64,000 bases of DNA from Eledone cirrhosa (GCA_964016885.1 OZ024742.1:349432001-349496000); one strand, 5' to 3'; counted from the stretch's first letter, positions 42,291 through 54,115 are shown. Notes: generated from the sequence alone by a model not told the origin. Made by a program: numbers and translations.

Positions 42291-43910
42291 TAGATGTTAC
42301 TACAATGGAAATATAATTCAGCTACATTTCAAAATACATCATATACTCTCCATATTCTCCAAAGTGTCTAGCAAGAGTCAGACTTGTCCGTAAATGTAAT
42401 ATTCTATCTACATATTTCATTATGTAGTTTAATTATATTTTCAAGTGTGTCTTCCTTTAGATGTATTTATATGTTACTATATCATTGCTGAAAACTTGAT
42501 TATTTTCATATTTATAGATCTCTCGTGCTTGTCACTTGGCGCAAAAGAAATATTTTCCTTATACTTGCGAAGTAATTATTTCTAAAGTTAACATAACAGC
42601 TATGTAATAGTGAGAGAAAAAAAGGTATAAGAAAACTTAATTATTATGGAATTAGTGTTGAATATAGCTGATGTAATGGGAAACTTGAGAGAGAACTGTT
42701 TGTGTGGAGGGGGTCGTGAGCTGTTTCGTTATGGACGCCATGTTGGTTTGGATGGTTTGACTGCGACATAACTAAAATTGTTGTTGTTGTGGCTGTTGTT
42801 AAGTTGTTACATTTGTTTGTTGTTGTTGTGGCTGTCGTTGTGTTGTTACATATGGTTGTTGTTGTTGTTGTTGTTGTTGTTGTGAGTGTCGTTGAGTTGT
42901 CACATATGGTTGTTGTTGTTGTAGCTGGTTATAGTGACATCAGTTGTTACTACTGACATGGTCCTAACCACAGCTACTGTTGTTGTGACTGTCACTCCTG
43001 TCGTGACTGTCACTGCTGTAGCTGTTGCCATAGTCATAGACACAATCAGAAGTATTTTTGTGGTGAATGTCGATGTTGTTGATGTTGCCACATCTAAAAG
43101 ATATGTTATTTATGAATTGATTTTAAATTCCATTTTTGATGTAAATTTCGGTGATTCGAAAATGTTTGTAAAGTATTTTGTAAAGTAAAGCAAAATATTT
43201 AAGTTTGTTATTTCCACTGTTTCCGCCTGGCACCGTTCCTCGCATGAATCATGTGACCATATACTTTTGCTAACGCCTGACTGCAAGAAACACGATCATG
43301 TCTGAAAAATAAAGAATATATCATGTATCTATTCAAATACATGAAACTTTACTTTATTTTTGTTTCTTTGTTTTAGCTGTATTGATATATCGTTTGAAAT
43401 AATGTGTGGACCAACGCAAATGATAATATTAATAATGATATTTGTAGAACAAGAAGCCTCAAAGAAGAATGAACAAGAGTGATCTATCTATCTATCTATC
43501 TATCTATCTATTTATAAAGAAAATCTATCTAGCTGTCGTCTGTTCTACAGTGTGGATGTCATTCACTTCGCACAGAAGTTTTGTTCAAATTTATTGAGGA
43601 AATTTTGTGAGTTCAAACTTAATTTTGATACAATTGTGTAGCTTGACCCTCCGTCTGAACTGTCAGGCGGTGGGTCAGCTCATCTTTACCCCTCCTAGAG
43701 GTGAAAAACCTGTTTTAAAAAAAATTTTGTGTAAAAAATTTCAATCGTCTAACAGAAATGTTAAACGCAGCGAACGAAAATAGTGGTGGGGGGACAGCGG
43801 TAGAGTTGTAAGCTCGCACGCTTTAGTCCTCCCTTCCTTCCCAACTAACGTCATAGAGAAGGAAGGAAAAATGAAAATAAAAACGGACGAATCTGCGGAG
43901 AAAAAATTAA

Positions 43911-45635
43911 ATGTCGAAAACAACGAAGAAAAAAAATTTGAAAAATTTCATGACAATACTAATAACACAAACAAAGACACAACAAACAAAAAAAATAACA
44001 GTTGAAAATAACATAATATCAGAAAACAAAGCAGACGACAAGATTTCATTTGCACAGAAAACAAAGAAATCTTTGACTTATATAGCGGAAAACATTTCAG
44101 ATGTGGTACGAAGGATCACGGACGCAAAACAATACATAAGTGAAGGTGAGAATGGTATTTTATTGGTAAAAATGCCTCAAGAATTCACGAAAGACATTGA
44201 AAGCCGAACGGTCAAGTTTCGGACCATCAACAACAGTACAAAAAAACCTGAACAGCCTTCTCAAGCAGATATCAAAACAGTACTCGCAGAAGTACTGAAT
44301 GAAACAACTTTCATAAGAAAAGACAGACTGTATGGAAGCCTAGCAATTATCATGAAGAACGAATCGGCGGCAAAAAAATGTGCTTTGTCACCGATTCGTT
44401 CGAAAAATTTCACCTTTTATCCATCTTATATGGGGAAAAAAACTCAACGCATATGGCTGGATGCAATGATGCCAGATGTGGACTACTGCTGGCTCATAGC
44501 TGGCTTCATCGATCCAGTGAATGACAACGTGATTTCCATTGGGAAAACCACAGGCAATGCGTTCAGTGGAACAGGTATAGAGCTGGTAGTACAAATGAAG
44601 CCTGAACGCATCGCACAAATACCCGACATAATCCTATTAGAGGACCACGGGTATATAAACATTAGCGTGGAGGGGAGAAGGCCGTCCTGCCATATCTGTG
44701 CAGGCAGAGGGCACCTGAAGGCCGCTTGTCCCCAACTCAACAAAAAGAAAACCCTGCTACCAACACCAGCTCCACCACCACCACCACAACAGATAAACAA
44801 ACAACAAAACTCAGTCCCACCCAACCCGTCCCTCAGTAACACCACAACACCACCACAACACAAACAGTCACAACACATTACCCCAAAACAAAATACAGGC
44901 CCACCCAACCTCTCACTCAATAAAACAACACAACCACCGCAGACACAACACACAACACAGTCTAACATAGTGACATCCATCTCCCCCACAAAGAAAACCA
45001 ACACGGAAACATTACCAGCAAACATACCTCTTCCCTCCAACACTGAAGATAACCCAACGAATTCGGAGGAAGAAACGGAGTCCTTCAGACAGATTAAAAG
45101 GAAAAAAAGAAAACATGTGCAAAACACACAAGGACAAACAACCCCCACCCAAATCGCAACACAATCTAACAAAACAGAAAACACCCCTCCAGCAACAAAC
45201 AAAACCAAACCTGCCCCTCCCCTCTTCGAAACACTCACACCATCGGAAAAAAAGACATTACACTATACTTACATCAACAGAAACAATAATAAATTAAATG
45301 AACTCATATACAATAATCCTTCGGTACAAACCGAAGGTGTAAACTTTGTTTCATCAGAAAACCACCCACATTTAAAACTAATAAAAATCCCAATGAACCT
45401 CTACCAAAAACTAAAAAAGGATTTTAAGGAGGACGTAGGACCACCCTCTGTCAAACCCATAAACCGCGTCCTACTAAAAAGCTTTCCCCCTCCCCTTCCC
45501 CTCCCCAACACAACTCCAAACACCCCAACCCCACCACACACCGACGACTCCACACCACCACAAGACACCCCTTCACCCAACACCCCCGACCCCATGGAAG
45601 TCGTGCAACCCGAACCCCGGGAAGCGGAAAGGTAG
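43911..45635 (+). CDS. LINE ORF1 protein with CCHC zinc knuckle and Pro/Thr/Gln-rich tail
   Basis: 574 aa; CHICAGRGHLKAAC = CX2CX4HX4C; ends 33 bp upstream of ORF2. The true start is uncertain. Confidence 0.88.
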   Translation: MSKTTKKKNLKNFMTILITQTKTQQTKKITVENNIISENKADDKISFAQKTKKSLTYIAENISDVVRRITDAKQYISEGENGILLVKMPQEFTKDIESRTVKFRTINNSTKKPEQPSQADIKTVLAEVLNETTFIRKDRLYGSLAIIMKNESAAKKCALSPIRSKNFTFYPSYMGKKTQRIWLDAMMPDVDYCWLIAGFIDPVNDNVISIGKTTGNAFSGTGIELVVQMKPERIAQIPDIILLEDHGYINISVEGRRPSCHICAGRGHLKAACPQLNKKKTLLPTPAPPPPPQQINKQQNSVPPNPSLSNTTTPPQHKQSQHITPKQNTGPPNLSLNKTTQPPQTQHTTQSNIVTSISPTKKTNTETLPANIPLPSNTEDNPTNSEEETESFRQIKRKKRKHVQNTQGQTTPTQIATQSNKTENTPPATNKTKPAPPLFETLTPSEKKTLHYTYINRNNNKLNELIYNNPSVQTEGVNFVSSENHPHLKLIKIPMNLYQKLKKDFKEDVGPPSVKPINRVLLKSFPPPLPLPNTTPNTPTPPHTDDSTPPQDTPSPNTPDPMEVVQPEPREAER

Positions 45636-45668
45636 GTCTCTACACTCTCCTTTGGCTCTGCCGCCCAC

Positions 45669-48600
45669 ATGGATGTGTTAAGAGTAGGATGTTTGAATGC
45701 ACGTGGCCTGGGCTCAACTTGGAAGCAAGCAAAGCTTCTAAATGACCTCAGGTCATGTAGTATAAATGTAATGGTTATCTGTGAGACTCGAATCAGCGTC
45801 ATGCGGCAGCTGGCCCCCACCTTCGATGACTTTGAGGTGCATGCATCTCTCTGTCAACCTGGAGGTGGGGGTGGGGTTGTCGTGCTGCTGCAAAAACACC
45901 TGGGTCTTGCCGTACAGGTTGTGCACTCGGACCCGGAGGGTCGTTTGTTGGTGCTAGACGTTGGCAGTAGTGAAAGTGCGGCCTTGAGACTGGTCGCCGT
46001 CTACTCCCCTTTCGGAGCTGAACGGCCCGACTTCTTCCAGCGTTTGGAGACTTTTCTGGGAACGTCGCGTTCCCTGCTTCTAGCGGGGGATTGGAATGAC
46101 ATCCTGGATGCACGTTGGGACTATGCAGGAGCATGTCCTAATAGAGGGGGGTGTAACAGCCTCAAGGGGTTACTCGACCGTTTTAACTTGGTCGATAGAT
46201 ATCGACTAGATTTTCCAACTGTGCCTACCTGGACTTGGAGAAACCACAGTGGTCAATCTAGATCGTACTTAGATAGATTCTTAGTTAGAAGTAAGGATAG
46301 GGACATATTAAGCTGTCCAGAAATGCGCACGGTTGGCTACACGGATCACAAATTAGTGACCTGCGTGGTCAATCTCGAGAAAACACATAGACAGGGTCCC
46401 GGTTACTGGAAACTTAATTTGTCTTTACCGGCAAAAGAGACTTACAGAAACCGGATTAGCAGATTAGTTAAGGAGAGGTTGACGGGTGCAATCGTCAACA
46501 ACCGATGGTGGGCATCTCTCAAAAGAGAGATTAGAACAGAATCAATAAGTTATAGCAAGATGTTAGCTGCCAATAGGAATAGAAACGAGAAAGAATTAAC
46601 AGGTAAATTAGAAGAGGCAATCAAGAGCGAAGATGTGGCCAGAGTGCTGGCATCGAGGACGGCCTTGAACCAGTTTTTCGATGCAAAGCATGAAGGCTGC
46701 GTCATTCGAAGTAAAATACGTGCTCTAGGTAATGAGGGGGCCAAAGCCGTTGGATGGGCCCGCGTGACAGAAGCTAAAAGTGGAAATCGATCCACCATCC
46801 GGTCGTTGCAAGACGAAGATGGACGAGTGATCCGGGAGCCTAAGCAGATGTGCGAGGCCTTTCAAAAGCACTTTGCCCGATTGTTCGGGGGAGGCGAGGG
46901 TCCGGGCCGGGGCGTGGATTTCGGTCCATACCTCGACGGCCTGCCGCGTCTCTCGAACAAAGAGGCAGAGTCCTGCGAGGGACCAATCTCGGCTGATGAG
47001 ATCGGAGATGCGCTGAGCCAATGCAGCAGACGCAAATCTCCAGGTCTCGATGGTATACCTTACGAACTTTATTTAGCAATGCCGGTCTTCTTCTCCGAAC
47101 TCCTCGAAGCGGTCTACTGCAATTGGCAGCAGAACGGGAGAATTCCTTGTTCTGTAGCCAAGGGCGTAGTCACGCTGGTGAGGAAGGACGAGAACAAGGG
47201 GGATAGTATAAATAATTTTCGGCCCATAACCCTGCTAAACACAGAGTTAAAGATTTTGGCCAAGGTGTTAGCAAAGAGGTTGGCGCTTGTCGTGGGTGGC
47301 CTGGTGGGAGATGCGCAGACATGTGCTATCCCATCCAGGTCCATTCACGATAACCTCCACCTCATGCGATACATCATAGAGAGGGTTGGCAACAAACCCG
47401 GCTTCGGTGGGGCCCTGATCAACTTGGATCAGTCTAAGGCCTTCGATAGGGTCGACCATGGTTACCTGGATGCGGTGCTAGCGGCGGCTGGGTTCGGTCC
47501 TGTTTTCAGAGGCTGGATCACTGCCCTACATAGCAACCACATCTGTTCTAGGATCAAGGTGAACGGCTACCTTTCGAAGCCGTTCGAAATCACACGATCC
47601 ATTCGACAGGGGTGCCCTCTCTCCTCCCTTCTGTACGTATTGACTCTCGAGCCTTTACTGAGGAAGTTGGAGTTGTTGCAGGGTATCCCCCTGGAACCAG
47701 GATTGAGCAAAGCGGTGTCGGCCTACGCCGATGACGTAACAGTAATGGTATCAACCGACTCGGAGATCGAGGCGATCGGTACCTTACTGGAGGAGTACGA
47801 AAGGTTGTCAGGAGCGAAACTGAACCGGGAAAAATCCATCGGGCTGCAACTCGGAACGTGGAGAGGCAGACCGATGCCTCCTGACGGTGTCGTCGGACAC
47901 TGGACGGAGGGCCCGGTAAAGTTGCTTGGGGTCTGGTTTGGACCGGACCTCCAGGTGGAAAAGAACTGGAACGAGGTTACGAACAAGGTGTTTGCACTAA
48001 CCCAGAAATGGGCCAAGTGTAAGCTGTCCCTAAAAGGCCGGGCGGAGGTGGCGAACATTTACATAGCGTCCGTCACTTACTACCGCCTGACTCTCGTGCC
48101 TTGCCCTAAGGAAACACTCACCACCATGGAACGCATGCTCTTCCAATTTCTTTGGAAGAAGCGTCCTCCTATGGTGAGAAGATCCATCTGCTGCCAACAA
48201 CCTTCGAAAGGAGGGCTGGGGATGCCGTGGTTGATGATGCGTAGGCACGCATTAAGGCTACGGCACCTACAGGTATTCCTCACTGGTCAACCGGTGTGGG
48301 CTCCGTTCGTGAAACGAGCCTTTCCGAGACTCGTCTCACTCACCGAGCTACAGTCCTGGGTCAAGCAAAGATCCGGAAAACTGGGAGACTGGCACACTGA
48401 GTGTGCTCAGGCGCTCAGGGCTCTCTGGCAAGCGGGCCGGGCCATCGGTGGAGAATCCACCTCATCATTCTATAGAGGGCTGGTGGCTAGCAGGGGCGAT
48501 GACACCCTTGGAGAGTCGCTGGACATGGAGGAAGACGAACTGGCCAGCCTGTTCGGTAGGACTTTCGGCCCAGGACCAATGGACAACTTCCAGAAGTCAC

Positions 48601-49106
48601 TGGCCTGGCAGTGCTACCGAGGGGCTCTACCCGTTCGAGAGAGGCTCTACAGACACGGGCGCCCGGGCAGGGATCCCTCAAAAAAGATTTGCCCTAGATG
48701 CGTGCGTCACGAAGAAACCGTGGCGCACGCATTGGTGCAATGTCCTGGCGTGGCTGATCTGTGGGGCTACGCCGAACAACTGCTGTCGCGGGTGGCGCCG
48801 ATTAAATTGACCGCCGAGTCCGTGATGACAATCAAACCGCCTCCCCTCTTCACAAAGGAAGCAAAGGCGGTTTTTCTGTGCGTAATAGCCATGTTGAAAG
48901 AGGTTGTTTGGTGGACACGATTGAAAGGTCTGAGGTCAGGCAACTTCCTCTCTGGCCATAGTCTGGTCTACGTCTTCCGATATCACTTCGGAAGAAGGAT
49001 AAGAATGGAGAGAGAGGTGCTTGGCCACAGGCAGTTTTATGAAAGGTGGGTGATAGTGGCGAGAATGGCTCGTGTAAATGGGCCTTCTCTGTATACCATC
49101 CTGTAG
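45669..49106 (+). CDS. LINE ORF2: APE endonuclease, reverse transcriptase and C-terminal zinc finger
   Basis: 1145 aa; LNARGL, CET, AGDWN, SYLDRF, TDH (APE); GYWKLN, KSPGLDG, FRPITLLN, DQSKAFDRV, RQGCPLS, YADD (RT); CPRC..EETVAHALVQC. Confidence 0.97.
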   Translation: MDVLRVGCLNARGLGSTWKQAKLLNDLRSCSINVMVICETRISVMRQLAPTFDDFEVHASLCQPGGGGGVVVLLQKHLGLAVQVVHSDPEGRLLVLDVGSSESAALRLVAVYSPFGAERPDFFQRLETFLGTSRSLLLAGDWNDILDARWDYAGACPNRGGCNSLKGLLDRFNLVDRYRLDFPTVPTWTWRNHSGQSRSYLDRFLVRSKDRDILSCPEMRTVGYTDHKLVTCVVNLEKTHRQGPGYWKLNLSLPAKETYRNRISRLVKERLTGAIVNNRWWASLKREIRTESISYSKMLAANRNRNEKELTGKLEEAIKSEDVARVLASRTALNQFFDAKHEGCVIRSKIRALGNEGAKAVGWARVTEAKSGNRSTIRSLQDEDGRVIREPKQMCEAFQKHFARLFGGGEGPGRGVDFGPYLDGLPRLSNKEAESCEGPISADEIGDALSQCSRRKSPGLDGIPYELYLAMPVFFSELLEAVYCNWQQNGRIPCSVAKGVVTLVRKDENKGDSINNFRPITLLNTELKILAKVLAKRLALVVGGLVGDAQTCAIPSRSIHDNLHLMRYIIERVGNKPGFGGALINLDQSKAFDRVDHGYLDAVLAAAGFGPVFRGWITALHSNHICSRIKVNGYLSKPFEITRSIRQGCPLSSLLYVLTLEPLLRKLELLQGIPLEPGLSKAVSAYADDVTVMVSTDSEIEAIGTLLEEYERLSGAKLNREKSIGLQLGTWRGRPMPPDGVVGHWTEGPVKLLGVWFGPDLQVEKNWNEVTNKVFALTQKWAKCKLSLKGRAEVANIYIASVTYYRLTLVPCPKETLTTMERMLFQFLWKKRPPMVRRSICCQQPSKGGLGMPWLMMRRHALRLRHLQVFLTGQPVWAPFVKRAFPRLVSLTELQSWVKQRSGKLGDWHTECAQALRALWQAGRAIGGESTSSFYRGLVASRGDDTLGESLDMEEDELASLFGRTFGPGPMDNFQKSLAWQCYRGALPVRERLYRHGRPGRDPSKKICPRCVRHEETVAHALVQCPGVADLWGYAEQLLSRVAPIKLTAESVMTIKPPPLFTKEAKAVFLCVIAMLKEVVWWTRLKGLRSGNFLSGHSLVYVFRYHFGRRIRMEREVLGHRQFYERWVIVARMARVNGPSLYTIL

Positions 49107-49741
49107 GTAAAGAAGTAAAGGAGAGGGGAGCACCTTCTCCATGTGCTCCCCGGGCAAAGGATTGCACACTTTTTCGGGGGTGTGTGCAACCCCCATCACG
49201 TCCCCTCCCTTTTGAGGTTATTTTCGATTATTTTCATGTTACACCCTTTTTACTCGATTATATGTAAACTCCCCCTTTGTATTTGTCCCTTCTTTTTATG
49301 CCTTTATGGTAAATAAAGAAATCTATCTATTTATAAAGAAAATTTCGCTTTTTTATTTGAATTTGGCAAAGCCGGCCATTTATCGCTCGTAAACAGGAAA
49401 GTGACTGGCCGGTCTGCTGATATGCAAATCTGGCTGATCAGTGGATCTGCTAATATGCAGATCTAAATGATCAGCCAGTCTGCTAATATGCAAATAAGGC
49501 CGATCAGTCACTGTGTATTTTTGAAAATAGCATATATTTTCACTAGCTCTGACAGTTTGGCAGGTGAACAGTGAGCTGTACTGATGAAGGGTGATATCCA
49601 GAAACATTAGTGTCTGTAGTTCTGTTCGCATGCCAACACAAGAGCATGGCTATAAAATTGAGGCTTGTTTGCAAAATTGCAAACGAATCGAATGTTATTA
49701 TTAATATTCGAAAAACTCAGATTACACACGCATATATATAT

Positions 49742-50399
49742 ATATGAATAAAGTGGTCCTTCATCAGTGATCTTCCAACCATCATCGGTATTTCTTCGCT
49801 TTAAAGACCATATACTTCCGGTTGGTGCGAGCAACGGCTAAAGAAAGTCGTTGGGGCATGTAAATAAAGGGAACAGCGAGAGTGTAAACAAACAAAGATG
49901 GTGAAGCAACGAAAAGTGAGGAAGAGCGAGTCAAGTCCAAAAATTTCCATGAATATAAGTTCGGTGAAATCGTGAACGAGAGAGAATAAAGACCATCAAA
50001 CCTGGTTGAAATGTGAGCAAGGAAGGAATTTCGCACAGGTCTAACGGGAGGAAGAAGGGGTCTAGTCTGTGAATTCGGTAAACATAAGTTCTGTGAAATC
50101 GTAGACGAGAGAGAGAAAAAATGCCGACCGGCCTGGCCAAGCGTGCGAAAGAAAAGAATTACGCACAGGTCAAACGGGAAGAAGGAGGAGGAGGAGAGGT
50201 AGTAACAGAGAGTGAGTGAGTGAAGGGTGAGGAAGAGGCTAACAGAGAGAGTGACTGTTAGAGAGGGTAAAGATACAGAGAAAGAGGAAGCAGTAAGAAC
50301 GAAATAGACGAGTCACAGCGGGAGAAAAAAATATGTGTAAATATGAGAATAAACGTGCTGCGGAGTTGCAAATGGGTTACATATGAATAAAGTGGTCCT
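49742..50399 (-). mobile_element. TA-bounded element with 19-bp terminal direct repeat (639-bp period)
   Basis: ATATGAATAAAGTGGTCCT at 49742-49760 and 50381-50399; internal ~125-bp degenerate repeats. Confidence 0.55.
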
Positions 50400-50414
50400 A
50401 TATATATATATATA

Positions 50415-50459
50415 TGTCTGAAAATCCTGTGAGTACACAGAAGAAACTCCGGTGTAACA
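50415..50459 (+). ncRNA. Degenerate hammerhead motif between TA tracts
   Basis: TGT-CTGAAAA-tcCTGTG agta CACAGaa-GAAA-CTCCGGTG-TA-ACA, then AATAAAC and (TA)n; G8 is mutated. Confidence 0.55.
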
Positions 50460-50482
50460 AGATATATCACTTAGACACAATA

Positions 50483-50551
<69 letters not shown>

Positions 50552-50554
<3 letters not shown>

Positions 50555-50754
50555 CAAAGAGGGTGTGGTAAGATACCAGGTGGACCATAACGCACCAGAG
50601 TACTCAATACTTAGGGTAGTAGAGTGGGAAATAGGAAAAGAGTCAGGACCCCGACGGCTGAGTTCCGGCCGTTTAGACAGCTAGATGTGAACTGTTCGGA
50701 TCTAGCTGTCGAAGCGGCCGGAGCTCAGCCGTCGGGGTCCTGACTCTTTTCCTA
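50552..50754 (-). mobile_element. ~190-bp hairpin-ended (TA)n element, copy 6
   Basis: Family tail plus hairpin; TA on both sides. Confidence 0.85.
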
Positions 50755-51497
50755 TATATATATAATAAGGATTTAGATCGATATGCAATGATTTTGATTT
50801 TGCTGTTTGCAATTTGCTCAACAAATTTATTTGGATCATAATTCGCAAAGGAGTAATTGTAATACAACATTCCCAGCATGAAGACTAAAGCTATGAAAAC
50901 AATGTAATTATTGTATCGACAGATTAACATATGAAAACGTTAAAGTACTCACAATTTCATTAATTGAAACAGCCAGTATTCTCCTAGTTTAGCACACAAA
51001 AATCCACCGGACTACAAAAATCCACATATATGTTTATACAAAGAGATACATAGTGACATATACAGATTCACAGATAGATCGACAGACAAACCTACAGACT
51101 AATCGATAAATAGATAATGATAGGAAGCGCTGAGATGAGAATAAGCCTCTTGCGGGTGGAAGGAGGTAAATCTCAGATTTAAGACGATAGGTTCTCCGTC
51201 TCCAATCTTGATGTCTTAGACAAAAGCCCAGTCACTACCTCTCATAACGCGGAGGGGAGAAAGACAAACAAACTGGGATTTTGACTGACAGTTTCCTTTT
51301 CGCGCATGTCACCGCTAAAACCTTTGATGATCTCGGCCTTCGAATGGCCATTTTTCACAGTAAAATTGGGAGTAGAGCAGCCCGCCTGAGGAAGAAGCCA
51401 TATATGGAGGGTTGGCTGATGCAGCAGATGTTGCTGGCTCTTCTTCGTGGCAAAGACGTCGTCATTTTCTCCGTGAGTGGCTGCTGACATTTGACAT

Positions 51498-51668
51498 CTA
51501 GACTGGGGTAGGGAGCCTCATTACCCCTTCCCCGTGGGGTGCAGCTGGGATATACCACTTAGACTGGGGTGGGGAGTCTACCCCTCACTACTCCTTCCCT
51601 CGTGGGATGCAGCTGGGATATGTTACCTAGAAAGGGGTGGGGAGTCTACCCCTCACTACCCCCTCCCT
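51498..51668. repeat. ~60-68-bp GC-rich tandem repeat, about 2.5 copies
   Basis: TAGACTGGGGT.GGGAG...CGTGGG.TGCAGCTGGGATAT is repeated. Confidence 0.7.
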
Positions 51669-51765
51669 TTCTTTTTCTATTGAAGTTTTTCTTTCTTTTT
51701 CTTTTTTATTGCAATCATTATATAATTTAATTAGAATTTGTTGAAATATGGTGAGATAGATAGAG

Positions 51766-53615
51766 TCCCCGAGGGCGCAAAAGAAGGGGACAAATACAAG
51801 GGGGGAATTTACACAAAAAGGCGAATAAAGAAAACAAATAAATATAAAATTAACAATAAAGCCCTTAATAGGGAGGAGGCGTTTTGGGGGTCGCACACAC
51901 CCCCGAATAAAGTGTGCAACCCTTCTCCTCAGGAGCACAGAGAGAGGGTGCTCCCTTGTTCCTTCATCTTTTCCATCTACAGGCTGATGTAGAGAGAAGG
52001 CCCATTCACACGGGCCATTCTCGCCACTTTCACCCACCTTTCATAAAAACGACTGGGGTGGAGCACCTCTCTCTCCATCCTGATCCTTCTTCCGAAATGA
52101 TATCGGAAGAAACGGACCAGTTGTTGGCCAGAGAGAAAGGTGTCTGACCTCAGTCCTTTCAGACGCGTCCACCACACGACCTCTTTCACCATGGCTATTA
52201 CGTACAGAAACACCGCCTCTCCTTCATTTTTGAAGTGGAGAGGCGGCTTAATCGTTACAATGGCTTCGGAGGTCAACCGGATCGGTCCCACCCGTGACAG
52301 CAGTCGTTCGACATAGCCCCACAGATTGGCTACGCCCGAGCAGTGTACCAATGCGTGTGCAACGGTTTCTTCGTCGCACACGCATCTGGGACAGATCTTT
52401 TTGGCGGGGTCCCTACCCGGGCGCCCGTGTCTGTAAAGCTTTTCTCGAACGGGTAGAGCCCCTCGGTATCACTGCCAGGATAGGGACTTCTGGAAGTTGT
52501 CCATATGTCCCGGGCTGAATGTCCTACCGAACAGGCTGGCCAGTTCGTCTTCCTCCATGTCTAGGGCTTCTCCGAGGGCGTCGTCGCACCTGCTGCGTAC
52601 CAGCCCTCTATAGAATGTCGAGGTGGAGTCTCCACTGATAACCGGGTCCGCTTGCCAGAGGGCCGTGAGCGCCTGGGAACACTCAGTGTGCCAGGCGCCC
52701 AGTTTTCTCGGTCTTTGCTTGACCCAGGATTACAGCTCGGTGAGTGAGACGAGTCTGGAAAAGGTTCGTCTCACAAACGGGGCCCACACCGGTTGACCGG
52801 TGAGGAATACGTGGAGGTGTCGTAGCCTTAATGCGTGTTTACGCATCATTAGCCACGGCATCCCCAGCCCTCCTTTCGAAGGGTGTTGACAGCAGATAGA
52901 TCTCCTCACCAAAGGATCCCGCTTCTTCCAAAGGAATTGGAAGAGTGCGCGCTCCATCTTGGCGAGGGTTTCCCTTGGGCAAGGCACGACGGTCAGGCGG
53001 TAGTAGATGACGGACGCTATATAGGTGTTCGCCACCTCCGCCTGACCTTTCAGGGATAGTTTGCAACTGGCCCACTTCTGGGTCAGTGCAAACACCCTGT
53101 TCGTAACCTCACCCCAGTTCTTCTCCACCTGGAGGTCTGGTCCGAACCAGACCCCGAGCAACTTCACCGGGCTCTCCGTCCAGCCATCGGACGGCATCGG
53201 AGCGCATCGGTTTACCCCTCCACGTGCCGAGTTGCAAACCGATCGACTTGTCCCCGTTCAGCTTAGCCTCTGTAAACCTTTAGTACTCTTCCAGTATGGT
53301 GTCGATCACCCCGATTTCGGAGGCCGTCGACACCATTACTGAAATCGGCTCCTCGCAGGACTTCGCCTCCTCGTCCGAAAGACACGGCAGGCCCTCGAGG
53401 TATGGACCGAAGTCCACTTCCCCAACCGGCTCCCCACCCCTTCCGAACAATCGGGCAAAGTGCCTTTGAAAGGCCTCACACATCTGCTTAGGTTCAAGGA
53501 TCGCCCGTCCATCCTGGTCTCGCAAAGACCGGATGGTGGATTTAATTCCACTCTTGGCTTCTGTAACGCGGGCCCAGCTAACAGCTTTGGTCCCCTCGTT
53601 TCCTAGAGCACGTAG
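51766..53615 (-). pseudogene. 5'-truncated, internally deleted copy of the same Tx1-like LINE family
   Basis: ORF fragments parallel ORF2 (PVKLLGVWFGPDLQVEKNW, EETVAHALVHC). The sequence jumps from CEEPIS to VMVST, losing the RT core. The 3' UTR is homologous. Confidence 0.93.
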
Positions 53616-54115
53616 ATAGATAGATAGAGGAGAGAGAGAAGAGAGAGAGAGTGAGTAAGAGAGAGAAAGAGAAAGTGTGCAAAAGAAAAAGAGAGAGAGA
53701 AAGAGAGAGAAAGAGACCGAGAGAAAGAGACCGAGAGAAAGAGAGAGAGAGAGAGCGAGAAAGGGGGAGAGAAAGAGAAAGAAAAAGAAAGAGAGACAGA
53801 AAGAGAAAAAGAGAAAGAGAGAGAGAGAAATATTATAATAAAGTGAGAAAGGGAGAGAGAGGAAGAGAAAGAAAGAGTGAGAGAGAAGAAGAGAAAGAAA
53901 GAGTGAGAGAGAGGAAGAAAAAGAAAGAATGAGAGAGAGAGGAAGAAAAAGAAAGAGGGAGGGAGATGAAGAAAAAGAAAGAGTGAGAGAGGAAAAGAAA
54001 GAGAGATAGAAAGAGAGAAAGAAAGAAAGAGAAAGAGAGAGAGAGAGAGGAAGAGAAAGAGCGAGGAAGAGGAAGAGAAAGAAAGAAAGAAAGAAAGAAA
54101 GAGAGAACGAAAGAG
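53616..54115. repeat. (GATA)n followed by GA-rich low-complexity tract
   Basis: Direct reading. Confidence 0.9.

Larger units (their letters stand above)
43525..49320 (+). mobile_element. Full-length Tx1/L1-group non-LTR retrotransposon with 23-bp TSD
   Basis: TSD ATCTATCTATTTATAAAGAAAAT at 43502-43524 and 49321-49343; two intact ORFs; AATAAA at the 3' end. Confidence 0.93.

Noticed and set aside
44388-49267. Antisense and alternate-frame ORFs over the LINE
   Set aside because: Shadows of ORF1 and ORF2.
51242-51490. 82-aa minus-strand ORF as a gene or LINE ORF1 remnant
   Set aside because: No motif I can recognise; insufficient support.
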